A program made the translations under genes and the position numbers. The notes under the pieces were generated by a model. That model had not been told where the DNA came from, did not search any database, and saw only the letters and a list, made by a program, of their open reading frames with translations. DNA of 64,000 bases from Ostrea edulis (Eukaryota), in NCBI RefSeq assembly GCF_947568905.1, contig NC_079164.1, forward strand, positions 72,292,001-72,356,000, given 5' to 3'. How positions within the stretch are numbered: the first letter of the stretch is position 1; the number at the start of each line of letters is the position of its first letter. This document shows positions 28,201 to 38,512 of this stretch, one piece after another.

Positions 28201-31200
28201 TAAGTAAGTGTTGATTGTCCAGCAGTTAACAGTCTCGAGAATTGTTGCCCTTCAATCGATTTGTTGATGTTTTGCCTTAATTTCATTGGTTGAGTAAGTC
28301 GCATGATTTTATAAAAGCCCTGAAAAATAAAGATGTTACATGTACAGACAAGGTTCTCAGACTATAGCAAATTTGTGGACCCAAGAATGAATCCGTTGCT
28401 TGTGGTTTTGGGCAACAGATCCATTTTTGGGTCAATCAAAACTGCTGTTGTCTGAAAACCCAATCAATAACTTTATACTGCTAAGTGCAAAATTCAAACA
28501 TATAAATCCTCCCATCTTATTATGAATAAACTGATATGTATTTGTCTTGGGACAGCAAGCAAATTTTTTTCCAGCTGGACATTTACATTGGTATATTGAC
28601 TGTGATATAATTAAGATTTAAAAAATGCCCAGTTGCTGATTTTGCTTTTTGGCTTACAAAATATTATGAAAATGTGTCATGATTGAACATCCATGACTGT
28701 CATGAAATTTTCACATTATGAGGTCACAAAGTACATCATTCAAAATAACAAACTTTTAAAGATATTTTTATTTTTCTGAAATTTGTTTAATTTTTGGATT
28801 GAGGTTTAACAATATAGCATAAGACTTTGTGTGTCAAAATGTGGCATTTCCCTATAAATATCATAAAGTGAATTCCTTTGAAGAAATGCTTGGTAGCTAA
28901 TGATAGCTAGAAGTCTACTTTATCAGCATCCTTTAAATTTGGCTCAAACAAGAATATGTTTGAGCTGGAAAAGTGAGCCTATTTATTAAGTGACATTTCT
29001 GTTATAGTGGTGTAGGAGGGGAGAATGTGTGGAGTTTGGTCAGGATGGACCCTCCCCGATTGATGGAAGCTGGTCCCAGTGGACACACTGGACAGACTGT
29101 AGTCGGACGTGTGGAGGAGGGGTCACTATGAGAGAAAGGCAGTGTAATAAACCCCTGTGAGTGTTATAAGACTCTAATATTCATGAGACATAGAGGTAAT
29201 TTGCAATGATAATATGAAAGCATTAGATGTCATATGAAGTACGTAGAGCTCACATTGTTAGAGAACTTCTGTAGATCTATGGCCCCAGGATTGGGAAAAT
29301 GTGCTTTGTGATTCAATACATGATTCTTTTTCAGACCACAATATGGAGGGAAAAATTGTGATGGAGAAGCAAAGGTTCATAAACTGTGCAATTCGGAGGT
29401 ATGTATTGTCAATGTACACCGCACCATGAAGTTACAGGGAGTGTGCAAGTTTCACTATATTTGTCTATCTAAGGATAAAGGTAGTTTTTAAAACTGTAGT
29501 CTGATGATATTCCACACACATAGTGGTTAGAGAGCTTCAGGTTTAGTAGATCAGGACTGAATTAAAATGGTATTTAAAAAGTGGTTTATGACTCTGAGCC
29601 AGTGGTGGTCTTTTGATCTAAACTAATGGTAGTTCACACCTGCTATTGTCATGACTGAAGGAGATCACTTTTATGGAAGTCAAGGTCAAGTATTGTCCCA
29701 CTAGGTTGTAGTGTATATCACACCCACAGGGCTTGAAGCTAACTTTTTATGTCACCAGTCCAGCCTGACTGATGGGGTATAATTTTAACCAGTCCGCAGA
29801 AAAAATTGCCAGTCCAACAGAGTTTTCCAGAAATAATCAAATATATTTTGTTGATATCATTAAAATGAAATTTAACTCATAATATGCCTTAGACAATATT
29901 GTAACACTTAAATGTGGGATTTATTATTTACGAATTAGATTCGTCCGATTGATCAAACAGATTGAAGCATGCCAAATGTGTATGAAATTTCATATTAAGT
30001 ATATTTTCCAAAATGATGCTTTAGAAAATTAACCCGTAAGTCCCATCGGACTGACTAAAACAAATATCAGTCAGTCCGCCAGACTTTTAGCCAGTCACAG
30101 ACTGACGGACAGATGTTAATTTCGAGCCCTGACCCACTTATACATATATGTATGATTGATACACTGGTAAGTATTGTCTCACTAAGACACTTCTAGTGTA
30201 TATAATAGTACACCCACTGATATATATATGTATGATACACTGGTAAGGAGTATAGCAAATAATTTTTTTTTTTGTTGCAGCCTTGTTCAGAAGGGGATGA
30301 AGATTTTCACAATAAACAATGCCAAACCTACAATGTCAAGCCCTTCAGAGGCTGGCTGTTAGATTGGAGGCCAAACCAAAAGCTTTATAATGGTAGCTTA
30401 CTCACTTATTTTCGTTATATAAATTTATAAATGAATTCATCATTTTGTGGATGATCAATATCTTTGGGTAGCTTTATCCCATGAATTTTACCATATTGAA
30501 TTACAAAATTTATATCGTTTTAATGTACAGGAAACATATTCACAAATGGCAACAAAGCTGTAAAATATCGGTAGTCCACTATAATTGGTCCCCGTGAATG
30601 TAAATGAATCCACAGTATATAAAAAATTTGTTGTATCTTGTTTGCTCTTAAAAATCTTGATACGGGTTCTTTCTGATTTATTGTAGCGCAAGAGCCATGT
30701 ACTTTATATTGTTTAGCAGAGACCAGCAGCTATGTATTTACCATAAAACACACAGCCACAGATGGAACGAAATGTATGAGAAATAAAGACATCTGTGTGG
30801 AGGGCACCTGCAAAGTAAGTTTTTAAAAAAACTGAAGGAAAAGTCATGTAGGAACTTTCAGCTCTCTACTCCTAGTTGTGTTGTATTGTAACTGAAATTC
30901 TGGATTATAGACAGAGTTCAGTTTTAACCCTCTGTAGATGCTCTGCAAATTCAAAGCTATGGTGTGATTTTGTTTAAAGAAGTTTTCTTATGTATTCTGT
31001 AGCCAATTGGATGTGATATGATTGTCGGGTCAACAGCAGAAAATGATGTATGTGGAGTGTGTAAGGGGGATAACTCTTCCTGTAGAATCATTCAGGGAGA
31101 ATATGTTGAGCAGCCAAAACTTAACAGTAAGGATTGTTGAAATGAAGTTAAATTTGAAAAGGATGAATTGTAACACAAAAATTTTATTGAACGTAAACTT

Positions 31201-34200
31201 TCCTCCACTTTTAATTTTTTTTTAAAACATCAGCATGTCAAAGATACTTTTTGTTAAATGGCTCTGTGTAATATCATAAATATGGCAAGAGAGATTAACT
31301 TTCAAAAAGTGTTTCATATTTTGCAGCTTACTTCCCAGTGGCCATAATACCAAAAACAGCCAGATCAATTAAAATTGTTGAGAAGAATCTCTCATCAAAC
31401 TATCTGGCGATCCGTGACATTTTTGGCAATTACTACCTGAATGGCCGACAGCGAGTGGCTTGGCCAGGGGAGTACTTGCTTGGGGGAGCAAAGTTTATCT
31501 ACAACAGACCCTACAATGAACCAGAAACTCTGGAAAGCATTGGACCATTGAAAGAAGACTTAGTTTTAGAGGTAAAGGTCAACATGTAGATTCTCAAAAT
31601 TGATGGACAAGTCAAGTTTAATGGCAAAATGCAATGATTTTAAGGGAAATATATTTCAAACGTTTGCCACAAAAACCAGATCATTTTGACATGTATAGTT
31701 CTGTAATTTTCTTAAACTGCTTCGTTTTCATCAGAACATTTTGAGGATAAATTTGTTGGGATAATTTCAGATACTTGTACAGGATAAGAACCCAGGAGTA
31801 CAGTATAGATATGCCATACCACAGCTGATTTCTCAGCTCAGAAGCCACACCCCAGTAGACAATTTTACCTGGAGTGTGTTTGAATCTGCATGCACTGAGC
31901 CCTGTGCTGGAGGTACAGCATCTTTCTTTTAAGTGGAAAAGTTATAGATATTTAGTTAATTATTTGTATGTTCAAAATTATTTCTTGTAGGGGTTTTAGC
32001 TGTTTTATAATTGAGCTTTTGTTACAGGTAAAAAGAGTGTTGCTGTCAAATGTATGAAAAACCTTCAACAGGAAGTAAATGAGTCCCTGTGTAACCAAAC
32101 CAAGAAGCCTGACACGGGACTAATTCCCTGTAACGAGAAACCATGTCCCCCAAGGTAATTAGCAGGCTGATCATTAACAACTGATCAGCTTCTTTTTGAA
32201 TTTAAGTTCCTCCTTTTTTTCTGTCACAGTATGTAATTACAATATATTTACATTTCCAATGCTTTTACGTTTGAAATCTTTACATTTTGTAATGACAGCC
32301 ATTTCCTCACTAATGTGTTGCAGTTGTGAACAGTGCACATATGAATCTTGATAATATAGTACGTCTATTTCAATGGTTGGGATTTCCAACAGAAATGAAA
32401 ATAGAATATAAATTTAAAAAAAATAAATTTCAGTTTTGAAAAATACATGAGAGTATGAACTGCAATGCTTCATGCTGGCATGCTTTTTAGGAAAAGCCAT
32501 ACCCTCATGTGTTTTCAAAAGTGAAATTTATTTTTTTTAGCCCTTATTAAATTGTTAAATTCAATAGAGGCTTAGTATGTATATTTTTATGAATATACAA
32601 AGTTTTCTCACATCTTGAACACTGAAAAGTACTAGTGGTACTATTTTCCACACACTAGGTTTTATATTTAAAGATATTACAAAAATATTGTAATGATATT
32701 TAACCTAAAACATGATGTGGAAATCATCAAATGGGTGGCTTATATTTTTTGTATAATGTCTATAAAGGAATACAGGTGGATTTTACAAAATATTATATAA
32801 TCTTAATTACAGTTCACCTTCAGTATCTCAAACTGATATCTCTAATACCTGGGATATCTCAAAGTATGTTTACGGTCCCAATGAGAGTGACATATATTCG
32901 TAGAATGACCCTTGCTATGTTGAACCCTACGTTATCTCGGAAGTTAAGTCATTGTCTCTTCGACTTCCGAAATACCAAGGTTTACCTGTATGTTTGAATT
33001 TTTTCAGATGGGTGCCAGGCGAGTGGAATTCTTGTTCCAAGACGTGTGGCAGGGGAAAACAGAGGAGGAAAATCTTTTGTCGACAAAGAGTATCTAAGAC
33101 TATTGATAAAAAAATTAAAAAGTCGAACTGTAAGATTTTGCCTAAACCTGTGCGAACCAGGAGATGCAACATGCAGGACTGTCCACCTGTCTGGAGGATT
33201 GGGAAGTGGCACAAGGTTAGGAATCAAATCTTCCATACACTTTCCTATATTGTTGTATTTACTGACTGGAATCAAAAAACTGCTGGAAATCCAGTTTGAA
33301 GAAAAAGACTTGTCCAAAATTGTACTAGGAAAACAATAACTAAGATTTGTTGTTGAATAAATTGTTGAATTTAGTCAAATGATAATTATATTGTATACCT
33401 AACAGAAGAGGTGCTGATGATCGACTATTCAGTTTGTAAAACAAAATCACAGGCACGTAAATTTCATTGCAGTGTTCTGTCAGTTGTGGCACGGGCACCC
33501 AAGCCAGGAAAGTGTTTTGTAAAAGCAAAGGAAAGAAGGCCAAAAAGCATCCCGACCACATGTGTAGTGGACCTAAACCTCCCATTGTCCGTCCCTGTAA
33601 GCGGTCACTGTGTCCACAAGACTCAAATTTTGAGTGGCACTTATCACCATGGGGACCTGTAAGTTTGATATGTGTTTTTGTGTTTTGGGTAATTTTTGTG
33701 GAGATTTAATACTTATTGAATAAAATAAATTTTCTATGCACCAGTGTTCCCAGACTTGTGGTTCAGGAGTGAGACAGAGATACTTGGTGTGTAAAAGAGT
33801 TGATTATCGTGGAAACACTATCGCCACTAGAGATAAATATTGCAAGAAGTCTGCTCGTCCCAAAGTACCCACGGAGGAGTCCTGTAAACTGATGGTCTGT
33901 TCTCACAAAGTCGTCCACCGACCAAAGTGGAAGGTCTCGCCCTGGTCACAGGTTCGTCTTGATATTGACTGGCATATTCTTACTTATTATTCTACTGCTG
34001 TTTTTAAAAGCTATTGCTTTGAATTTGGAATAGTTGGTAATTTTCTTTAATTCTGTTGAATATAAGAGTGAGGTCCTAAAATAATCATTTACAAAGAAAT
34101 TTGTATTACATCATAATGTAAATTATTTCAAAGGATGCAATAATCATCAGCTTACAAAGGAAGGGGTGTAGGTTAACCCTTCGCAGATTGCAGTGTCTCA

Positions 34201-35940
34201 GAGCCAGCATAAACATTATTTATATTGTTGGAATTTGATGATAATAATAGAAAATGAAAGTAGATTTTATTATACACCCATCAATGTTTTGTTTTTTGAT
34301 ACTGTTGTTTTCACAGAATGAGATCCAATTTTCTGGATCACCACACTGGTTTTCTGATTCCATATCAGTATCTTCTGAAACTGATGATGTCACAATGCAT
34401 CACCGCAACGTTTTTGTGGAAAATATTGACCGCATCACAAACAAAACTCTGTATACAAAATATAATTTCACTGTATGTTTGTGTTTTAAATAATTTGGAT
34501 TACATTTATTATCTGATTAATGTGGATTCTTGAAAAATATATAGAAGGGGATATGATATATTTATCATTACTACAGTAACTTGATTTGAAGAATTGGTTC
34601 ATGTCTCGTGGACAGGCGTGGATCATCAGATCAAACTCGATGTTTCGTGTCTCGTGTGATTTAATGATCAGCGCCTGTCAACTTGACGTGATCCGACTCT
34701 TTGGATTGAGTTACTATATATATATATATATATATAGTGGGATAAATCTCCGATATAATCTTCTAGAGTGCTCGACGTGGCCTCACAGAGCTACATAAAT
34801 TGATAAAAATCAATTTATATATATATATATAAAGGATTCTTGTTAAAATCCTTAGACAATCTTTGGTAAGAAATTTCTCCATTTTCTGATTTTTCTACAA
34901 TTGAAGGGAAATGTTTACCTGTGAAAGGAGAATTATTAATTTTTGTCGTAAAGTGATAAGTTCCATTTTCTGGTAGATGTAGTAAAATAACTGTCTGTGA
35001 TAACTACTTGTATTTCTTTTTTATTGTAAATGATGTACTTTTATAGTGTTCTGCATCTTGTGGAGAGGGTCAGAAGAGTCGAGATATAAAGTGTGTGGAT
35101 GATACTGGCCAGCAAACACTAGGATGTGACCTTGTTAAACGTCCCACTACCTCACAGCTGTGTAGCAATGGAGCTTGTCCTGCTAATAGCAGCGGTAGGG
35201 TATTAGTTATGTATTTAACTTCATGATAATACTCTTAGAAGTAGAATTATTACAAAACAGTGTATGCCATCATAAAAAAACACAACCCAAAACAATGGCT
35301 TCTGCAATCTTGTTTCACAGTTACAAAGTTGAGCAATATTGATCAGACCAAAATGGAGAAAATAACTGTAAAATATTCACCACTGTATTTCACAATTTAT
35401 AAGTGGTAAGCTGGTTTGTGGCAACTAATTTTTGTGACCGAGATAAGACTTTAAGAAATACGAGAGACATTAAAGCCAGAAATATTTGTGACAACGAGGT
35501 TCACAGCAACATCACAAAAATTTCTCGAACATGAATAAAAGTTGGTTCATATTACTTCCTTTAGATTTTCTATAATATGATTTTATCATTGGGCCATCGT
35601 TAACAGACAGGTGGCATTCCATTCCAACTTGTATTTATTTTGGCCCAATTCATTGTCCTTTAATAGAGCATTTTACATGTAGTTTTAGATCAATCATCCT
35701 GTGATAAAATGGTCTGTTTCAGCATTATAATTTGAATGGTTTTTCTGTCTTAGAAAGCTTCAACATAAGCTTGCGTATAGTGAACTTCTCTAAGCAGTGT
35801 CATTGAGTGATTGAATCTTTGTTGTAGACACAGACTGCTTCGACAGGTACACGTGGTGCCATCTTGTTCCTGAGCATAAAGTTTGTGACCATGAATTCTA
35901 TGGTTCTCACTGTTGTTTATCATGCAAAACGCACCGGTGA
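15164..35940 (+). CDS. ADAMTS16/18: ADAMTS16/18-like secreted metalloprotease, 23 coding exons, ~1157 aa (spliced CDS)
   Basis: Exons: 15164-15221, 20681-21021, 23542-23701, 24277-24500, 24700-24783, 25002-25161, 25448-25553, (gap)27436-27569, 27692-27845, 27996-28091, 29008-29156, 29335-29398, 30281-30392, 30687-30814, 31003-31126, 31327-31571, 31771-31912, 32028-32154, 33008-33215, 33473-33658, 33745-33951, 35047-35194, 35828-35940. Every visible junction is GT-AG and phases join in frame. Motifs [68 protein letters not shown] and [17 protein letters not shown] closely follow my recollection of vertebrate ADAMTS16/18. One central plus five C-terminal TSRs plus PLAC is the ADAMTS16/18 architecture. 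Confidence 0.95.
16191..16686 (+). mobile_element. Non-autonomous Helentron/DINE-1-type element
   Basis: 5' tttttatacccccc...gggggtata subterminal inverted repeat, (GTCT)n microsatellite, tgaccttgacctttgac core, and 3' hairpin gtgagca-t-tgctcac before cttgtt. Confidence 0.75.
16859..17132 (-). mobile_element. SINE-like element with (CAAT)n tail
   Basis: (ttga)n then a body shared with 43226-43420; the minus strand carries cttgcttgtcgtaagaggcaactaaa, resembling the Nin/Deu SINE core (from memory). Confidence 0.72.
17195..17360. mobile_element. pogo/mariner-type MITE (TA TSD)
   Basis: ta|cagttgaacttc ... gaggcttgactg|ta with repeated gatatctc(g/a)aa motifs. Confidence 0.7.
17555..18173. mobile_element. 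Non-autonomous element, Crypton-like (inferred)
   Basis: Short inverted ends attatac/gtataat, ctgattgg...cacgtg near the left end, and a 15-bp-arm hairpin aaaaatcatattccc...gggaatatgattttt near the right end. Confidence 0.5.
19393..19864. mobile_element. TTAA-flanked MITE (Kolobok-like, AGGG termini)
   Basis: ttaa|agggactgactcacgatttt ... aaaatcgtgaaccagtccct|ttaa. Confidence 0.8.
20681..21021 (+). CDS. ADAMTS16/18: ADAMTS exon 2, prodomain
   Basis: [20 protein letters not shown]...[16 protein letters not shown]...[22 protein letters not shown]; ttttgcag / gtcagt. Confidence 0.92.
22985..23133. repeat. 30-bp minisatellite, 5 units
   Basis: gtcactctttgcaactgctcagaaccaaag-like units at 22985, 23015, 23045, 23075 and 23105. 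Confidence 0.9.
23542..23701 (+). CDS. ADAMTS16/18: ADAMTS exon 3, prodomain
   Basis: [16 protein letters not shown]...GPHKLYRRS...QYCGKSAR; ttcag / gtttgt. Confidence 0.92.
24277..24500 (+). CDS. ADAMTS16/18: ADAMTS exon 4, prodomain end and catalytic domain start
   Basis: DKRSTSL...[33 protein letters not shown]; cccag / gtaagg. Confidence 0.95.
24700..24783 (+). CDS. ADAMTS16/18: ADAMTS exon 5, catalytic domain
   Basis: [28 protein letters not shown]; ttcag / gtagat. Confidence 0.95.
25002..25161 (+). CDS. ADAMTS16/18: ADAMTS exon 6, catalytic domain
   Basis: [21 protein letters not shown]...[23 protein letters not shown]; AAG acceptor (ccacaag) / gtaata. Confidence 0.95.
25448..25553 (+). 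CDS. ADAMTS16/18: ADAMTS exon 7, first half of Zn-binding motif
   Basis: [35 protein letters not shown](N); tgtag / gtaagc. Confidence 0.95.
26203..27133 (+). mobile_element. Non-autonomous Helentron-type element with degenerate internal satellite-like units
   Basis: tttttagttcacctgag ... ttcaggtgac...ggcctcttgt ends (subterminal inverted repeat); repeated internal motifs aaattgt(a/g)aattt..atccc.ggg. Confidence 0.72.
27151..27276. repeat. Degenerate (GAG)n/(GAT)n trinucleotide repeat
   Basis: Read directly; runs into the assembly gap. Confidence 0.92.
27277..27435. other. Assembly gap (159 N)
   Basis: Run of N. Confidence 1.
27436..27569 (+). CDS. ADAMTS16/18: ADAMTS exon 8 (5' end lost in N gap), third Zn ligand and Met-turn
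   Basis: [44 protein letters not shown]; donor gtaagt at 27570; acceptor lies inside Ns 27277-27435. Confidence 0.9.
27692..27845 (+). CDS. ADAMTS16/18: ADAMTS exon 9, disintegrin-like domain
   Basis: [11 protein letters not shown]...[29 protein letters not shown]; tccag / gtgagt. Confidence 0.95.
27996..28091 (+). CDS. ADAMTS16/18: ADAMTS exon 10, disintegrin-like domain
   Basis: [32 protein letters not shown]; tgcag / gtaagg. Confidence 0.95.
29008..29156 (+). CDS. ADAMTS16/18: ADAMTS exon 11, TSR1
   Basis: WCRRGECV...[32 protein letters not shown]; tatag / gtgagt. Confidence 0.95.
29335..29398 (+). CDS. ADAMTS16/18: ADAMTS exon 12, TSR1 end
   Basis: [21 protein letters not shown]; ttcag / gtatgt. 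Confidence 0.93.
29727..30131. mobile_element. MITE with ~17-bp TIR cagggct(t/c)gaa..taac and 5-bp TSD accca, in ADAMTS intron 12
   Basis: cagggcttgaagctaac ... gttaatttcgagccctg; accca at 29722-29726 and 30132-30136. Confidence 0.8.
30281..30392 (+). CDS. ADAMTS16/18: ADAMTS exon 13, Cys-rich domain
   Basis: [31 protein letters not shown]; tgcag / gtagct. Confidence 0.93.
30687..30814 (+). CDS. ADAMTS16/18: ADAMTS exon 14, Cys-rich domain
   Basis: [17 protein letters not shown]...[18 protein letters not shown]; tgtag / gtaagt. Confidence 0.93.
31003..31126 (+). CDS. ADAMTS16/18: ADAMTS exon 15, Cys-rich end and spacer start
   Basis: [27 protein letters not shown]; tgtag / gtaagg. Confidence 0.93.
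31327..31571 (+). CDS. ADAMTS16/18: ADAMTS exon 16, spacer domain
   Basis: [18 protein letters not shown]...NYLA...YYLNG...[16 protein letters not shown]; tgcag / gtaaag. Confidence 0.95.
31771..31912 (+). CDS. ADAMTS16/18: ADAMTS exon 17, spacer end and TSR2 start
   Basis: [17 protein letters not shown]...[16 protein letters not shown]; ttcag / gtacag. Confidence 0.93.
32028..32154 (+). CDS. ADAMTS16/18: ADAMTS exon 18, TSR2
   Basis: GKKSVAVKC...[12 protein letters not shown]...CNEKPCPPR; tacag / gtaatt. Confidence 0.93.
32810..32988. mobile_element. Related pogo/mariner-type MITE ending 19 nt before ADAMTS exon 19
   Basis: ta|cagttcaccttcagtatctc ... ccaaggtttacctg|ta. Confidence 0.62.
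33008..33215 (+). CDS. ADAMTS16/18: ADAMTS exon 19, TSR3
   Basis: [24 protein letters not shown]...[17 protein letters not shown]; ttcag / gttagg. Confidence 0.95.
33473..33658 (+). CDS. ADAMTS16/18: ADAMTS exon 20, TSR4
   Basis: [16 protein letters not shown]...CKRSLCP...WHLSPWGP; tgcag / gtaagt. Confidence 0.95.
33745..33951 (+). CDS. ADAMTS16/18: ADAMTS exon 21, TSR5
   Basis: [16 protein letters not shown]...WKVSPWSQ; accag / gttcgt. Confidence 0.95.
34576..34714. mobile_element. 139-bp imperfect fold-back element next to a (TA)n run
   Basis: gtaacttgatttgaagaatt vs reverse complement of the right end gtaactcaatccaaagagtc; symmetry continues inward. Confidence 0.6.
35047..35194 (+). CDS. 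ADAMTS16/18: ADAMTS exon 22, TSR6
   Basis: [18 protein letters not shown]...[20 protein letters not shown]; tatag / gtaggg. Confidence 0.93.
35828..35940 (+). CDS. ADAMTS16/18: ADAMTS exon 23, PLAC domain and stop
   Basis: [38 protein letters not shown]; acceptor tgtag (an in-frame alternative AG lies 6 nt downstream). Confidence 0.93.
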
Positions 35941-37340
35941 CCGCCGCTGCCGAAGGAACGTGCGACGAAGCATCCTACTGTGATAAAACCTGTCCGTATA
36001 TTGTTCCCACGGTGACCAGAGTTTTCTTCAACAAGGAAGTTATTCCAGAAACTGCAAAGTGAATCACGGTTTTTATTACAGTTCAGATGTTTTTTTCATT
36101 AATGGAAGTTGTAGATAATCTTCTGTTGTGGATAACTGGAAATAGTGAGTGCAAATGGAATGTGATGACAAGAAAGACAATCGTGTTATACATTTTACTG
36201 TTGTATTTCCTGGTGCCAGTGGAGGTTATAAATACATGAATTAGACCACTGTAATGTATTTCAAAGATTATGTGATGCATAAGCATTCCACAAGTACAGT
36301 TATTCAGCAATACATGCGTATACTAAGTTCTTCCATGCAATTTTGCCAGCCATTCATCAAGACTTTGCAATAAATATCCTCAATTATACAACAGATCCAT
36401 GTAATTCCAATCCAGAAGTTTTATGAGTTATTCCATTGCTGTCATTCCCTCTTCATTTCTACAGATCATTCCATATTGTCTAACAACACACGATTTATTT
36501 ATATTCTTGATTATACTAAATATACATATCATAGCTATTTTTTGTGAAGATTTCTTTACCAGATTGTCCATTGTTACAGCTCTTAACTGTACATAGCAGT
36601 TTTCTTACATCAGTGTCAAATTTTGTACATGTATATGTGTTTTGGCATTTTGAAAAAGAAGTCATGACATGTGTATTGTCATCTTTCATTTTACAAGGAT
36701 TTGTTATTAAACTGTTGAATTGTGAGTGCTTTAAATTTGAATAATGCAGCATTATATTACATGGTCCTGTTAAGTTTTGTGTATACAGTGATTTTATTTA
36801 TTTGTATTGGGCTAGATGAACTGTACGTTTATGTACAATGATAGGCCCCCTACTTTGTTTTTGATTCTTACATTTTGTATTTGCATTTTGCAGTTCAATT
36901 TATTCCAAGTATATTCTTTTTATTCCATAATGAACACACACTATGTAGAGCTGCATATACCTTTAAAACTCAAATTTGAAAATTTACCTGCGTAACCTGA
37001 ATTTTTCTTTCATAACTTAGCTATGGTAAAATAATTTTACAGGGCATGCATATTGTATATGTAATAATGAGAATATTGATAATGATATCAATACAAATAT
37101 GTTGAATAAATCCCCATCATTTGTTGGGTGTTTTGATTGGCATTTGAAAGAAATATTCAGCATTCATGTGTTTGTAATTTTAAAAAGACTACATGTACGT
37201 ATTCTGTCCTGACAATGAATGTCAGTATCCCCTGTTACAAGCAGAGCATCAGAGATGCTTTATTCAGAATTGTTATGTTTTATGCATGTATTATGTATTT
37301 TGATCTCACTTTATGAACATTTTAAAGATTTTGAAATGTG

Positions 37341-37346
37341 AATAAA
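37341..37346 (+). promoter_or_regulatory. Candidate polyadenylation signal of the ADAMTS gene
   Basis: AATAAA about 1.4 kb after the stop, followed by a GT/T-rich tract; another AATAAA near 37106 is also a candidate. Confidence 0.35.
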
Positions 37347-37370
37347 CCAGCTTTATTGCTTCCTGTTTAG

Positions 37371-37464
37371 TCTTTAGGTTTATTGCTTCGTGTTTTGTCT
37401 TTAGGTTTATTGCCTCGTGTTTTGTCTTTAGGTTTATTGCCTCGTGTTTTGTCTTTAGGTTTAT
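37371..37464. repeat. 27-bp tandem repeat, ~3.5 units
   Basis: tctttaggtttattgcctcgtgttttg repeated. Confidence 0.9.
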
Positions 37465-37649
37465 GGAGCACTTCATTATTTGATTTTTATTGTGTAATTA
37501 TTCAGGAAAGTCAAATAAGGGAACAATGTCAATTTCAAAAGAAATATAAGAGAAAAGATTCAGTGAATATAAATATGGAACAATAACATAAGGAAAGGGT
37601 CAACCATATGATATTTTAGTATGTAAATCTAGTTTTAAAAAAAAAGAAA

Positions 37650-37733
<84 letters not shown>
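37650..37733. repeat. Compound microsatellite (CT)n(TA)n(TATG)n
   Basis: Read directly; sits at the left edge of duplication copy A. Confidence 0.95.
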
Positions 37734-37734
<1 letters not shown>

Positions 37735-37890
37735 AAACTCCAAAACATTGCTATATTTTGAATTAACATTTCATCTCTGCTGATATTCAATTAGATAGAT
37801 GCACCACTAACAATTTCGATTATTTTTAGAGACCAGACAATTTCCCTCATTCTGGAAAAAGATATATATGTATCCCTATTTACAAAGGTC

Positions 37891-38382
37891 GTTCCAAACC
37901 TAGAAACATCTCTAAAACCTACAGACCCATAGTTCCAAACCTAGAAACACCTCCAAAACTTACAGACCCATAGTTCCAAACCTAGAAACACCTCTAAAAC
38001 CCACAGACCAATAGTTCCAAACCTAGAAACACCTATAAAACCTACAGACCCATAGTTCCAAACCTAGAAACACCTATAAAACCTACAGACCCATAGTTCT
38101 AAACCTAGAAACACCTCTAAAACCTACAGACCCATAGTTCCAAACCTAGAAACACCTCCAAAACTTACAGACCCATAGTTCCAAACCTAGAAACATCTCT
38201 AAAACCTACAGACCCATAGTTCCAAACCTAGAAACACCTCCAAAACTTACAGACCCATAGTTCCAAACCTAGAAACACCTCTAAAACCCACAGACCAATA
38301 GTTCCAAACCTAGAAACACCTATAAAACCTACAGACCCATAGTTCCAAACCTAGAAACACCTCTAAAACCTACACACCCATA
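37891..38382. repeat. 41-bp minisatellite, 12 units
   Basis: gttccaaacctagaaacacctctaaaacctacagacccata, contiguous with period 41. Confidence 0.95.
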
Positions 38383-38512
38383 GTTCTTCCGTCTCTACCC
38401 ATGATCTTACAAGTGGTTTGGGCGCTCGCTTTGCAACCGCGAGGTTCCATATTTGACAGCCTATCCCGGCGGCCGCGTTAAACGTAATACTTTTACATAG
38501 TGACTGTTCCTT

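Noticed and set aside
24200-33585. Minus-strand ORFs listed in the track (24200, 24294, 24871, 24923, 32927, 32982, 33340)
   Set aside because: They are antisense shadows of ADAMTS exons.
37891-38382. CRISPR-like array
   Set aside because: The 41-bp units are contiguous with no unique spacers, there are no cas genes, and the context is eukaryotic.
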